From positions 500,728 to 528,592 of the forward strand of contig CT868219.1 in assembly GCA_000165425.1 (NCBI GenBank): a stretch of DNA of 27,865 nt, written 5' to 3'. The DNA comes from Paramecium tetraurelia (lineage: Eukaryota). Within the stretch, counting starts at the first letter, position 1. Every line of letters begins with the position of its first letter. This document shows positions 12,367 to 23,227 of the stretch, in pieces. Position numbers and translations under genes: made by a program. The notes below the pieces were generated by a model. The model was not told the DNA's origin. It saw only the letters and a list, made by a program, of their open reading frames with translations, and made no database searches.

Positions 12367-12843
12367 NNNNNNNNNNNNNNNNNNNNNNNNNNNNNNNNNN
12401 NNNNNNNNNNNNNNNNNNNNNNNNNNNNNNNNNNNNNNNNNNNNNNNNNNNNNNNNNNNNNNNNNNNNNNNNNNNNNNNNNNNNNNNNNNNNNNNNNNNN
12501 NNNNNNNNNNNNNNNNNNNNNNNNNNNNNNNNNNNNNNNNNNNNNNNNNNNNNNNNNNNNNNNNNNNNNNNNNNNNNNNNNNNNNNNNNNNNNNNNNNNN
12601 NNNNNNNNNNNNNNNNNNNNNNNNNNNNNNNNNNNNNNNNNNNNNNNNNNNNNNNNNNNNNNNNNNNNNNNNNNNNNNNNNNNNNNNNNNNNNNNNNNNN
12701 NNNNNNNNNNNNNNNNNNNNNNNNNNNNNNNNNNNNNNNNNNNNNNNNNNNNNNNNNNNNNNNNNNNNNNNNNNNNNNNNNNNNNNNNNNNNNNNNNNNN
12801 NNNNNNNNNNNNNNNNNNNNNNNNNNNNNNNNNNNNNNNNNNN
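12367..12843. other. Assembly gap (477 N)
   Basis: Run of N. Confidence 1.
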
Positions 12844-13419
12844 TAAACCCATTCTCAATTCTAAACTAATTAGAAATTAGAAAATATGTTAATTATTTGT
12901 ATGAATTAAATAATTTAAAACAATAACATTATATATAAAGCATATCTATAGACATCCATAATATTGTTTAGAAGTATTTAATTAAGGTATTTAATATTAT
13001 ACTATTTTACATAGAAGATATAATAATATTGTAATTTTATGTTTAACTTGAACAAATATAAATATGAAAATAATTTATGATTTAACCAATATATTAACAA
13101 ATGAAGTCTGATAAATGATTAACTGAACGAAAGGGACAAAAGATATATAAAGATAAAAAAATGTTGAATATATGTAAATAATGAATGTAATATCCTTGAT
13201 GTATTATTATTCATTAATAAAAAGTTGTATGTATTTTAATCAAAAGAGATTTCCAGTGGATACCAATCATCAACTAAAGGGATTTAAGTTGAAAATGGAG
13301 AACAAAAACATAATAGTAAGCATAATGAATTTGATGAATTAAACTGATATTATTATCAGTGAAGAATAAAAATATTTTATTTAGTTTATATTAACAATAA
13401 GAATATTCTTGCATAAATC

Positions 13420-14430
13420 AGCAATCATTTCTAATTTTAATCTTCCTATCCATCTTTCCTTCCAAAGGTTTTTTCAAGGTATAATTTTGTTAATCTGCCT
13501 CTATTTGTTTAATTTTGGATGAATAATCTCTTTGTATTTGTTTTCTTTCAATCCAATTCTTTTTTTTAGTAATATATTAAGATATATACTGAATTTATCC
13601 TTGAGAAAAGATCTTAATATTGTAGTACTTATCAGGTTAATGTTTTTAAATTCTACCGCAATTCTTTTGTTAAATAGGAAGCGTCAACAACTCTTCAATT
13701 ATTTCATTTTTTTAACTGACTTCGATAAAACTCTTATTTATTCTTCATCTACATTTGGAACATAGATTTATCGAAAAGAATAACAAGTATTTAATCCGAA
13801 GCTATTATTACAAAGTAAGTTTGGCAAATACTTGCCTTAAAGTAGTAAATTAAAGTAGACGGATTCTAAAGAAGGAATAAATAGATCAGCACCTGATCAG
13901 GAGATCTTAAAATAGTCTTCTTCTTCTAAAAAATTATTTTACATTTTTTAAATAATTATTCTTTAATTATCTGATAAGAGTATGAAATTTAACAATTTAT
14001 AAGGAAAATTTTGAAATATAAAAATTGATTTTAGCAAAGTCATATATGTATTTTTGAGTTAAAGATATATATTTGAAGAAATTTGATTAAAATAATTTAT
14101 TGTATTTTTCATATGGCTACAAATACTTAACCAAGTAATTTCAATTGCAAATGTTGTAAAGGAATTGAGAAGCGCATGAATTATTTAATTTTTATAAATA
14201 TTAACCGATGCTATTCAGACATTATGATTTTTGCTTAAAAATTAAACAAAGGACTTCAATTGAAATGTATTAACTTAATAATACCGAAATCAACCCAACG
14301 CCATTGAAAGAAAGCAAGCTATTGATATAATCAATTGTTGAGCGTAAGTAATCAGAAATAAAAACATTCAAGAGCTTTTCACATCTTACAACTACTTTTA
14401 ACAATATAAATAATATAAATGAGAATCTAA
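13420..14430 (-). pseudogene. Probable degenerate gene remnant
   Basis: Long, nearly open minus-strand frames (e.g. ...FLEEEDYFKIS*SGADLFIPSLESVYF...) are broken by scattered TGAs and frame changes. No family recognised; boundaries approximate. Confidence 0.3.
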
Positions 14431-14502
14431 TTTATATAATGAATGTTTGTAATTTTGAAAAAATGATTCTCATAAATAGGAATTTAAAAAAACAAAATAT
14501 AT

Positions 14503-17500
14503 TCAAATAAGTTAACAGCAACTAGAATCTACTCTTTCAGTATTATGACTATTATTTTTCCTAATATCTATTACTTATTTTTTCTGGGGTTGAATTGCAT
14601 CTTAAATTACAATTCTAAATTTTTTGGTATTTTGTTATGTTAAAATTGCATCACTATTAGATTCTAAATATCTTAAGATTCTCAAAGAATCCTAAATTCC
14701 TCTTTTCCAATATTCGGACTCAGAGTTTGTCTCATAGTTACTCTCTAGAATTGATAATTTAACAATATAAGGACTTAATGCACCTTATTCAAAATCATCA
14801 TTATTATGGGGGTTTTGCATTTTAGCAAGTGCTATAGCTGCAAATTGAATTTCTCTCTCTTATTCAGAAGGAGAAACAAAAAATTTTTATTAAATTTTGT
14901 TTAGTGCTTACATTCTAATTTGAAACTTATTTTCTTTTGCTTTTTCAACCACATAATCTAATGCTGCATTTATAGCATTGAATGTTGTTCCTATAATTGG
15001 TACAGATCCCATGATAAATGAACCAGTGCTTGACATAGTTTTTAGAAAGTCAGCCACTTTTTCAGAATTACTTTCTATCATAGCATCTCTGTTTATTGTA
15101 AATAGATTAGTTGACATTAATTGCATTGCATGCAAATAATTATATAAGCGCCAAAATAAGGATTTATAATATAAAAATTATTAAAAGTTCTCTGGTTTCT
15201 TTAAAATATTTAATTCTTCTTCTAATTAGTAAGAATCTTATTCCTATAATTTCTAAACCTTAGATTCTAATTCTAAAATTTTTTCTTTTGATACCTTTGA
15301 CTCTTTTTCTAACTTATCATATAATGCTTTTACATCTTATTCTATTTTAAATAAGAAATCCAATATTTATTATTATTAATCCTTATTAATTTATTCATTA
15401 GTTGGTTTCATACCACTAGCCGCTTATTCTTAAATCTTATTGATTTCTAATAAAAATGCTTATTCTTATTATTAGTTAATTGAGTTATTTTTTGCTAATT
15501 GAGAAACATTGTTTTTTGCTATTTAAAATTGACTGTCAATTTCAGAAATCAACTTTAATTTACTTTAAATAAATCTAATATTTGCAGGTGAAAGATTTCT
15601 ACATTTGAATTTTGAATCAATAATTTATTCCAAGCAGCCTTAGGCTAATGAAAAAAAATTTTTAGCTTTAATGTAATCCTTTTGATGATAGTATAAACTA
15701 CCAAGATTAGTAAGATATAATGGATTCAAAGGATTTATTTCTATGGCCTTATTATAATCTTTGATAGCTAATTCTATTTTACCATCATTCATATACAAAT
15801 TACCTAGATATGTTGAATAATTAAACCTCTAGAATTATAAGTATCAGAATGAGCTTAATTTCGTTCTAATACTAGCATATAATCTTTTAGAGCCTTTTCT
15901 TTTTACCCCAAATTATAATATAAATTACCTAGATGTTTTTAACAATTATACCTCTATTATAAAGAGAGTTGACATATTTTGGGTTGAGATCGGTAGCCTT
16001 ATTATAGTCTTTAAATGCTTCATCCATTTTATTCAACTCTTTAAACAAAATGCCTGAACTAGATTAACTTCTTACCTCGACTATTATAAGCCTCTACATT
16101 TTAATTGTTAAGTTCAATAGCCTTATTAAAATCATTAAGGGCCTCTTGATTTCTCTCTTGTTTTCTAAATAAAACCCCTATTTTGATTGAGTAAATTAAA
16201 ACCTCTGTTACAATATTTATTGGAGCTTTAAGGATCAAGTAAAATAGACTTATTATAATCATTAAGGGCTTCTTAATCTAAGCCTTAATCGCTGAAAAGA
16301 TTAGCTAGGGTTATAACTGTAAATTAACCTCGATTATTATATGTGTTAGAATTATTAGGGTCTAATAAAAGAGATGTATTGAAATCAATCATTGCTTCTT
16401 TATCCTTTTCCAAATCATGGTAGATGTTACCTAAAAGAGTTTGGGTTAATTGTACCTCTGCTATTAAAGGCCTAGGCATTTTTAGGATCCAGTTCAATTA
16501 TTTTATCTAAATCATTCAACGCTTCTTAATATTTTTTTTATTTTTGATATAGCAATGCTTTGAATGATAATATAGCATACCTCTATTAAAATAAGCATTA
16601 ATGAATTGAGGGTCAAGATCAATAGCTTGTTGATAATCATTGAAGGCTTTCTCAGTTTGTCCCATTTTCTCCATTAAATCAGCTAAAAATACAAATCCAT
16701 AAAACCTCTGCACTTAAAGAGCTTAGCATCCTTAGCATTTAACTCAATTGTCTTATTAAAACTCTTTAAGGCATCCTCAATCTTTCCAAGTTCATCTAGT
16801 AAAATTCCTAGAATAAATATAAATAATGCCTCTATTATAATATGCACTTTAATAAGAAGGGTCTAATCCTATTGCATTATTGTAATCTTATATTGCTTTC
16901 TCTTTTTAACCTACTTCATCAAGTAAAATAGCTTTAATAACTTTGGTGAAATTAACCTCTATTGTAGTATGCTTCAACATTAGGATGTATTTATAGCATT
17001 TTATTGTATGAATTTAAGGCTTCTTCTTTCCTTCCAAGTTTTCTCAGAATGATTGCTTTGTAAAATTTGATTAAATACCTTGATTAAAGTAAGCATTTTT
17101 ATTTTCTGGGTCTAGTTATATAACCTACTAATAACTTAATAGAGCATTCTCTTCTTGTCCCAATTCTGTTAACAATAATGCTAAGCACAATTTAATAATC
17201 ACAATACCTTTATTATAGTGAGCATCCTTATTCGAAGGGTTTAATTCAATTGATTTAGTAAAATCCTATAAAGACTAAATTTTATTTTTCTCCATTAGAA
17301 GAAATCCTCTCCTAAAATAAGGATTGGCATTATTGGGATTTAGATCGATTAATTTATTGTAACAATTAATTGCCTCATCATTTCTACCAAGTTTTTTTAA
17401 TAAAATGGCTGGTCTATCAAATGACAAATACCTTAATTAGAATAAGCATCTTGTTCTTGTGGTTTAATCTCAATTATTTTCTAATAACTATTTATTGCAT

Positions 17501-18345
17501 CTTCATCTCTTCCCAAAGTATTTAAAATAATGGCTTGCTTTAGCTAAACGATTACCTAAATTATTGTAGGCATTCGCATCATTAGGATTTAAGCTAAGAA
17601 CCGTGTCATAATCTTTAACAGCATCTTCTAATTTGCCTAACTTATTTAAAGTCATTGCTAATAATAGATATAAATTAACCTCTATTAAAGTAGCAGTTTT
17701 CATGATTTGGATTGAGCTGGATTACGTTATTGTAATCTTTTAAAGATTCTTCATTATTGCCCAAATTTGAATTAATGATACCTATTTATAACGTCTTAAT
17801 TGTAAACCTCTTTGATAGTAGGCATTTATATATGTAGAATCTAATTCTATTACTTTATTTAAATCTTTAACAGCTTCTTCATTCTTTCCTAATTTGTATA
17901 AAGCAATTGATTTGTTGTAATATGCATTTACATAGTTTGAATCGATTTATATTACCTTTTAATAATCTTTTATAGCTTCTTCATTCTTATTTAAATCCAA
18001 TAATAAATTTGCTATAAATATCATGTATTCTTACCTCTATTTTAATAAGATTGGATTAAATTAGAATCAAGCTCGATAGCCTTGTAAAATCTTGTAACGC
18101 CTCCTAATTTAAATTTTATTCTTTGTGACACCATCCTATTTATTGCATTTTGATAAATGATACCTCTATACAAATATGCAGAAGCAAGCTTTGGCATTAG
18201 TGTTAGAGCCTTGTTTGCTTCCTAAATTGCTTGGTCAAATTTATTTTCTTTAAATAAATCCTTGAATTAAAAATAATTCTACATAGCTCAAATCTAGATG
18301 TTTGTATGCTTGATTTTGGTTAGCATTATCCTAGTTTTAAATCAT
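14503..18345 (-). CDS. TPR-array protein (~22 repeats, 20 exons) with coiled coil, helical C-terminal domain and CaaX box; one apparent frameshift, so possibly a pseudogene or sequence error
   Basis: Repeats of the form G/A-x6-G-x2-EEAxxDYxKAIELxPxxxxAYxNR; 19 introns of 22-28 nt; last exon 14503-15803 ends ERVDSSCCQLI*. Exon 3 is 101 nt instead of 102. Confidence 0.9.
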
Positions 18346-18595
18346 ATTTTTTGAGTTTTTCAAATTATTATAATCAAATAAAATATTTTTATATATTAGA
18401 TATAATGGCTAACTTTGTTAGAAACTGATTATATTCTATTAATCAAGGTATAATCAAAAAGAACATCTAATTATATCTTTAGTTATAAATATTAATTTGA
18501 ACTAAAAATGTATTATTATAATTAGAATGGTAATGATTTATTTAGATTAACAACAGAGCAAAAGTAAATTAAAAGATTGATAAATTATTATTATT

Positions 18596-19603
18596 ATGGA
18601 TTCAACTAACGTAGAGGAAATCTCATTAGATTATTTATCAAATACATCAGTTGAAAAGGACAGAGGGATCTCATAAACAGTGTAAAATTAACAAGAGTTT
18701 GATAATTTAAATGAAGATTTTTAAAACCTTGAAATTGTGTTGGAAATAAATGATATTATGAATGATATTTGGAACATTAAATTGGCAGAGAAATATGAAA
18801 AATCACTATAATACTATAGAGACTATAAAATAATCATAAATAAGTTGGATAAATATTTCAAAAACAACATCGAAAAAACTAAGATATTTATGTATCTAAC
18901 AATTGATAAATAAATTAAGTACACAGAAGAAATTGCTAATTTTTTTTACTATTTATTAATGAAGGATGTTAAAAGAATTTAGGCTAAACATATTATCAAA
19001 TATCTTGAATATTCAGCTGAAAAGCCAATTAAAGTAGATGCCTTTTAAATTTTTGCAGACAAATGTAATATCAGTCTCAGTGGATATAATTTGAGTGATT
19101 ATAAGAAGAAACCAGAAAAAACTAGATAAATATAAATTTCTTATAAATAACAAGATATTGTATTATTTTAAAAAAATACAATTACTTTACTTGATATTTT
19201 ATATAGAAATTAATATAATGAATTAGGAATTGCAATAGATCTACTTATGATAGGGGATTTTAGTATCGAGGAAGTTGTTAATGCAAAAGGTTAGTAAGTA
19301 GAAAGCTTTCATCAATCATATATCTTTAGGATTTATCAACAAACATTTCTGAATATGCACAAAACCCTTGAATTAAGATCAAAATGGTTTCATAAAGGAA
19401 CTCAATTGTAATTAGATACATTTCATGGACAAAATGTGCACTTAGTATCATTGCCAGAAGGTACTGAAAGGAGATCAAGATTGACATAAAGATTAAATAT
19501 TGCAAAAGGATAAATTTTAAGTAAGGGATATTATTAGAATAATAACGAATCGTTATCTTTCTATTCGTACCTTAAGAACCTTAAAGTAGATTAGATTAAA
19601 TGA
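18596..19603 (+). CDS. Intronless hypothetical protein, 335 aa, with possible degenerate tyrosine-recombinase fold
   Basis: Open ATG..TGA frame of 336 codons. The fold call rests only on motif resemblance (see findings). Confidence 0.75.
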
Positions 19604-19823
19604 TTTTTCAAAGGATTTAATCCTGATTAATGAAATAAATAATATATATTCAAATAGATAGATATATATTTGGGGAGAAGTATTATTAATATGATTCATG
19701 GGTTTTATTTTATTGTGTTTTTATTAGATAATTAGAATATTTTATAAAAAAAAAATAGTTGTTAAATAATTGTGAATAGGATGGTTTTGGATGAGAGATA
19801 TATTGGAGATATATATATGAGAA

Positions 19824-19842
19824 NNNNNNNNNNNNNNNNNNN
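19824..19842. other. Assembly gap (19 N)
   Basis: Run of N. Confidence 1.
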
Positions 19843-20243
19843 AAACTAAAGTTTGGATATTTAATCAGAATTATTTATTCTCATTTTATAATAATTTATT
19901 TTGTTTTCATCCTTTTTTCATTAGTTTTCATAAATAAAAAGTTATTTCAATACATTTAATAAGAAAATAATTAGTGATGATAAATGTAAAAATGGAGGAA
20001 GCGAATGGAGAAATTGATAGAATAATTAAAAAGAGTATAATAATTTCGAAAAGAATCTATGATTTAATATATATATGTTTTATCTTCTCCAGACAGGGTT
20101 GAATAATAATACGTTTATGATTAATAAATAAGAAATAAATTATTCTGATAATAACGAAAAATATTCAATCTTAGAATAAATTTTAGCAATAATATAATTA
20201 AATAATAAATGTAATGATGATATTGAATTGTGATAAATATTCA

Positions 20244-21812
20244 TCACCATTTGATTTCGCGGATTTGATATCTCTTGAGGTCTTCAACATAGGCTATCAG
20301 GTATTTGCCATCATTAGATAACGTTGCAAAAATCAAGTTTGTATCAAATTTTTATTTTGTAACAATTTGAAGATCGGCATCAGTGATCTTGATAATATAA
20401 ATATGTCGCTTAAATCTCACCAGAAATACTTTCTATAATTAATTATAGGTGATGGGATTAAGATGATAATCAACATATTATTCTTCATCAATATCCAATT
20501 AGAAGGCTTTCTATTAATTATTTTCAAACTTGCCATCTCTTTGCGATTTAAAGAAAAATATTTAATCATTAGTTTTTTAATCGCAGCCCATCCAAACAAA
20601 CTAGTCATCAGAAATGAAAGCAACTTTGGTACCATAAGTTATTTAATTAATTTCTTGAACAAATTTCCATTTTTGAGCTTAGTCATCCTTTGTCCAAATT
20701 AGAATTTTATTGTCTGCTCCACAAGTAACCATCTTATTTTCTTTTTTATTTAAGGTTAGATCAAATATTGTATTTTAATGAGTGTTCTCCAATGAATAAT
20801 TATAAATTAATTAATTTTAATTGAAATCCACGCTCCAAAAATCGATTTCGCAATTAGCACTAGCTAAAATCAATTCTGTTTCATTCTTATTTAAAACTAT
20901 GCAATTAGTCCATTATGCTGGTTTCTTTAAAAATTCCCATTCCTTTTCGTTCTTTTACTTCCAAATTATTAGAGATCCGCATTCTGCTGCAGATATAAAA
21001 CTGTTCTTTACTTTGCTACTAGTCACAATTCGTGTTACAGATAATGCATGACCATTAAGTTTTGCATGCTCTTACATATTTCCTTAATTGAAGTTCCAAA
21101 CTTTAATTTGTTTACCACATCCAGTAAAAAGAAATTCACTATTAAAGGTTAAAGTATAGCAAGGATCTCTTTATTTTACCGTCGTAATCAAATCTAAATT
21201 TAAAGGTTTATTTAATTCATCATAATTCCTTCTATAAAATTCTTGAGTTTTCTTTAGGACATTTTCTGACATTTTCTCTAGGTTAGATGGAAATGTTTCC
21301 AATTTTCTTTTCAATTTTCCAAATTAATTGATTATTTTTGATCTTATTTGCTTTACCTTTTCGTTTTCTTCTGTTGATTAATCCTTTGTTTAAATATAGA
21401 TTTCCAATTCCTCAAAGAAACTGTATTTTAAGTTTTTTTCTCTTTCACTTCTTAAAGAATCTGTTAATTTCTATACTATTTCTTTCATTGATTCAAAATA
21501 ATCATTTATTTTTTCCATAACACTATCAATATTCTTTTCTAAGTTTTTTGCATATTCTAAACTTTCCCCCCCAACAATAATATCTGTGTTTTCACATCTC
21601 TTTTTCTTTTCCTTCTTTCAAAATTTCGGACTACTGCTTCATAATCTTAGACATTAATATTTTGTTGTTCTTGCAAACACAAATTGCAGGCTAGTCTCTA
21701 ATTAGGGGTCTTTGTTTTGATCCATTATAACCTTTTCTGGCTTATTTTTATGCTGTTAGCAAACCAAATCAACAGGCGCATCGGTCATTTAAGATTTAAA
21801 GTCGGTGCTCAT
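20244..21812 (-). CDS. WD40-repeat protein with N-terminal CxxH...CxxC motif and coiled coil; the 5' end needs two cryptic introns or is frameshifted
   Basis: WD repeats FLFTGCGKQIKVWNF, LNGHALSV...GSLIIWK and HQNTIFDL...MVTCGADNKILIW; ends REIKW* at 20244. The unspliced frame has two TGAs near 21620-21642. Confidence 0.8.
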
Positions 21813-22026
21813 TAATTTTAATATTGAGTTATTGAATTCTATAAATCATTTTTATATCACATATCATTCTAATAAATATATTTATATATCAAGACATGAT
21901 TTAATTATTTATTTAACATTATAAAATATACCTAGCATTGAGAAATTATTTCTATGTCTCTTTAATAATTATCTACACATATATTTTAATGATTAATATG
22001 TTATTTATAACGATAAAACAAATAAA

Positions 22027-22891
22027 TCAAACTTATAAACCACGTGTATGCTTTTTAACTGTTCCAAAATACCTATCCCCAAAATCTCCTATTCCAGGAG
22101 CCAGATAATTAATCTCCTTTATCAGAATTGGATCAACTTGAGCTGTAATGATTTTAATATTTGGATGTTCTTTAAAGACTTTACTCAATCCTTATTCACA
22201 ACTAACCAAAGTTAAAAACATAATATTTTCTTCCTTTACACCATAATTTTATAATATCTTTAATGCCATACTTGCACTTCCACCTGTTCCGAGCATTGGA
22301 TCAACCAAAATAATTTATTACTCATGAATATTCTCTGGAAGTTTCTCAAAGAAATATTTTGGCATCGATGTCTCTTCGTTCCTTTGAATCAATATTTATC
22401 CAATTGATGCCCCTTAAATCACTCTTAAACCTTCATTTAAGAATGCATTTCCTGACCTAAGTATACTTACAATACAGATTCTAAAATAAATAAAATATCT
22501 ACTCTTCATCTGAGAATTTCACTTCATTTGCAGTATAAAACCCCAAAGGCGATTGTTTTACAGAATTCTTTTTTTATAATTGAGCCAAAGCTTATTCCAT
22601 TAAGATCCTAATCAATCTATCCGCATTCTTTCTGAATGACTAAAATATCTTTTATGAAATTACCACAATATCAGTATTAGCTTCTCTCATCAAAGATAAA
22701 ATGTGCTCAGTCTAATTTCGATTGAGAATAGATAAGTTTTCATGTTTTTTCAATAAGTTATGTAATTCATTTTCACTTAGAAAATTGTAATGCTGCAATC
22801 TATCCTGAGAATGGACATTCTAAGAACAAACTACAAAGGCCCCATTAACTAATCCTAAGCAGCAGGCTAACTTTGTGAGGTTTTTAAACAT
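22027..22891 (-). CDS. UPRT: Uracil phosphoribosyltransferase, 272 aa
   Basis: FRKNADRLIRILMEQAL, VSILRSG, IGQILIQRNEET, PRPP loop ILVDPMLGTGGSA and C-terminal YLAPGIGDFGDRYFGT. Introns 22640-22663 and 22481-22502. Confidence 0.96.
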
Positions 22892-23227
22892 TTCTTAATA
22901 TACAGCTAATTTCAATAATGTTTAAAATTGCTTAATAAAATGCTCAAACTTGCTGTCCTTTATTATTCATAATTTAGAACCAAACCATAAGAATTTGAAT
23001 AATTAATTTTTAATTAAATCAAATATCTTCTATATTATATCAGATCATAAATTTAATAATAACTAAGTTAATAACACACAGCAACACAGGAAGAATATTA
23101 ATATCTTGAAAATCATTTTGTAAGATAAAAATTAAAATTAATATAAATATTTAAGAATTAGAAATATTAACAAAATTTGTAAATTCAATGATTTTTTATA
23201 GAATTTTTTCAAGATAATTAAAATAAA

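Noticed and set aside
12844..12850. TAAACCC right after the gap as a telomere remnant
   Set aside because: A single unit, expected by chance.
12364..12858. 164-aa ORF from the track
   Set aside because: Artefact of the N gap.
15804..18163. ~125-nt periodicity resembling a CRISPR or tandem DNA array
   Set aside because: The period equals a 102-nt TPR exon plus a ~23-nt intron; similarity is at the protein and splice-site level, and the sequence is eukaryotic.
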